NCBI GenBank assembly: GCA_963748015.1
Contig: CAVVHE010000008.1
Coordinates: 670,070 to 734,069, forward strand
Reading direction: 5' to 3'
DNA length: 64,000 nt
Source of the DNA: Terriglobia bacterium
GTDB taxonomy: Bacteria > Acidobacteriota > Polarisedimenticolia > Polarisedimenticolales > JAIQFR01
In this document: piece by piece, positions 62,555-64,000 of the stretch
Layout of the letters: each line of letters opens with the position of its first letter
How positions within the stretch are numbered: position 1 is the stretch's first letter
The notes under the pieces: generated by a model
What the model saw: only the letters and a program-made list of their open reading frames with translations
Told to the model about the DNA's origin: nothing
Databases searched by the model: none
Made by a program: the position numbers and the translations under genes

Positions 62555-64000
62555 ATGAGAAAGTTCGTAATGTTCGGGCTGTGCGCGATGCTGGTGGCGG
62601 CGTTCGTCGCGCCGCAAGTTCTCGCGGCTGACGACGAGGCGAAGTTCAAGTTCTCCGGCGAGGTCCGGACCCGGTTCGAGTACGTCGAGAACTACCTCGA
62701 CTTCACCAACAACAGCGACTACGACACGGGCGACAACTTCTCGTTCTGGCCCTACCGGGTGCGGCTCGCGATGGAAGGCAGCATCGCGGACAACGTGACG
62801 GTCTTCGGCGAGCTCCAGAACGCGGGCCACTTCGGGTCGAACCCCTACTACTTCCCCGGCGACGCGAGCCTCGGGCGGATCGACCCGCTCATGTACGCGT
62901 ACCCCCTCTTCACGTCGCTCCAGGACCCGGCTTTCGGGACGGGTGACTTCGGCCCGTACTCCCCCTACTCCTCGGGCCGGAACGTGAACCTCTACCAGGG
63001 CTACGTCCAGCTCGACAAGCTGTTCACCAACAACCTCTCGATCCGCGTGGGCCGCCAGGAGCACACCCTCGGCACCCAGCTCCTCCTGGGCGACAACGAG
63101 TTCTACAACGGAATCAGCTACGACGGCGCCCACATCATGTGGCACCCCGAGAAGTACAAGGTCGACGGCTTCTATTACAAGCTGAACGAGCTGTACCAGG
63201 CCTCGTCCGACGCCAACCTCTTCGGCGTGACGGGCAACTTCGACCTCGGCAAGAAGCTCGGCAACATCGACGGCTACGTGATCGTCTACCAGAACCTCGC
63301 GGACACCGAGAACGTTCCCGCCCCCTCGTGGCTGCAGTGGAACGACATGGCCCTCACGACGTACGGCGTGCGCTGGGGCCGGATGGTCAAGAACGCCGAC
63401 GACATGAAGGAAGGCGCGTTCGACTGGAACGCGGAGTTCGCGATGCAGAACGGCGACTCCACGTACTACGGTGACTACAAGTACACCTTCAAGGGAAGCA
63501 TCTTCGAGGGTTGGTTCGGCTGGAACTTCGCGACCGGCGGCGGACGCAGCCGCGTCCACGTCGGAGCCCTGATGGCGTCCGGCCAGCCCGAGGATCAGAC
63601 CTCCACCGAGACCGGCGAGGACTGGAAGGGTTTCATCCCGCTGTTCGGCAACACCTGGGCCTACAACCGCCTGGGTGACCTCGACCTGTTCGACACGACC
63701 GGCATCAACGACATCAACCTCGGCTACTGCTTCTCCAGCGGCAACGACAAGCACAACGTGATGGTGACGCTGCACTCGTTCCAGCTGGCGGAAGACATCA
63801 CGATCGGCGATCCCGCGAACGAGACCAGCAACAAGTACAACAAGCTCGGCGAGGAGATCGACGTTCGCTACACGATGAACGTCAACAAGATGACCTCGTT
63901 CAGCGCGGGTCTCGCCACCCTCATGCCCGGCGAGGCCTTCGACCAGCTTTGGAAGGAAGGCAGCTGGAACGGCGAGACCTCGACGGTCACCAGCGCCGAC
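62555..64000 (+). CDS. Outer-membrane porin of the alginate-export-like family (partial, 3' end beyond window)
   Basis: GGAGG-N10-ATG. Signal peptide MRKFVMFGLCAMLVAAFVAPQVLA. FKFSGEVRTRFEY, IRVGRQEHTLGTQLLLGDNEFYNGISYDGAHIMW. The frame is open to the window end. Codon usage is rich in AAC/TAC/TTC/AAG. Confidence 0.7.
   Translation, partial: MRKFVMFGLCAMLVAAFVAPQVLAADDEAKFKFSGEVRTRFEYVENYLDFTNNSDYDTGDNFSFWPYRVRLAMEGSIADNVTVFGELQNAGHFGSNPYYFPGDASLGRIDPLMYAYPLFTSLQDPAFGTGDFGPYSPYSSGRNVNLYQGYVQLDKLFTNNLSIRVGRQEHTLGTQLLLGDNEFYNGISYDGAHIMWHPEKYKVDGFYYKLNELYQASSDANLFGVTGNFDLGKKLGNIDGYVIVYQNLADTENVPAPSWLQWNDMALTTYGVRWGRMVKNADDMKEGAFDWNAEFAMQNGDSTYYGDYKYTFKGSIFEGWFGWNFATGGGRSRVHVGALMASGQPEDQTSTETGEDWKGFIPLFGNTWAYNRLGDLDLFDTTGINDINLGYCFSSGNDKHNVMVTLHSFQLAEDITIGDPANETSNKYNKLGEEIDVRYTMNVNKMTSFSAGLATLMPGEAFDQLWKEGSWNGETSTVTSAD

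Noticed and set aside
62278-62631. 117-aa plus-strand ORF in the porin upstream region
   Set aside because: It runs out of frame into the porin start, has low-complexity basic composition, and has no ribosome-binding site.
1-64000. Mobile genetic element, prophage or defence island signatures
   Set aside because: No transposase, integrase, recombinase, phage structural, restriction-modification, toxin-antitoxin or reverse-transcriptase motifs were recognised in any frame. Composition is uniformly GC-rich apart from short promoter regions.

Overview
The window is very GC-rich (about 70% by eye) and densely coded, and looks like chromosome from a diderm bacterium. I support about 55 protein genes. 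I found no rRNA, tRNA, CRISPR array, transposase, integrase or phage genes. Many long ORFs in the six-frame track are off-frame or antisense artefacts of the GC content; I called real genes from motifs, Shine-Dalgarno sites and 4-nt start/stop overlaps. Recognisable content, in order:
- Two divergent paralogous SDR epimerase-like genes with an extra C-terminal domain.
- A Cache/HAMP histidine kinase convergent with a Rieske plus receiver operon.
- hypF-hypC-hypD-hypE.
- An M28 peptidase, an FmdB zinc-ribbon protein and iorAB.
- A MacAB-type efflux operon with an embedded membrane/TPR gene.
- A five-gene minus-strand envelope cluster: membrane-TPR protein, class V aminotransferase, nucleotide-sugar dehydrogenase, sulfatase-like protein, GT-C-like protein.
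- cinA, an ABC-2 transporter, an ATL-like protein and a Tat amidase.
- A porin-znuA-znuB-like operon.
- nikR with nikMN-Q-O.
- A GntR/DUF1648 pair.
- An XRE-TPR regulator with a coupled small secreted protein.
- fadD.
- A di-haem peroxidase coupled to a haem-motif porin.
- A three-gene CFA-synthase/SCP2/FAD-reductase operon.
- A partial alginate-export-like porin.

The observations most worth follow-up:
1. A family of long, covarying hairpin repeats with a conserved asymmetric core (7 copies, two of them in about 260-bp composites).
2. The Cyc2-like cytochrome-porin translationally coupled to a CCP/MauG-type peroxidase.
3. The methyltransferase/SCP2/flavoreductase lipid operon.
4. An RRNPP-like receptor plus secreted-peptide pair.
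5. Two apparent frameshifts within about 600 bp.

All functional calls rest on motif recognition by eye; no database search was run.
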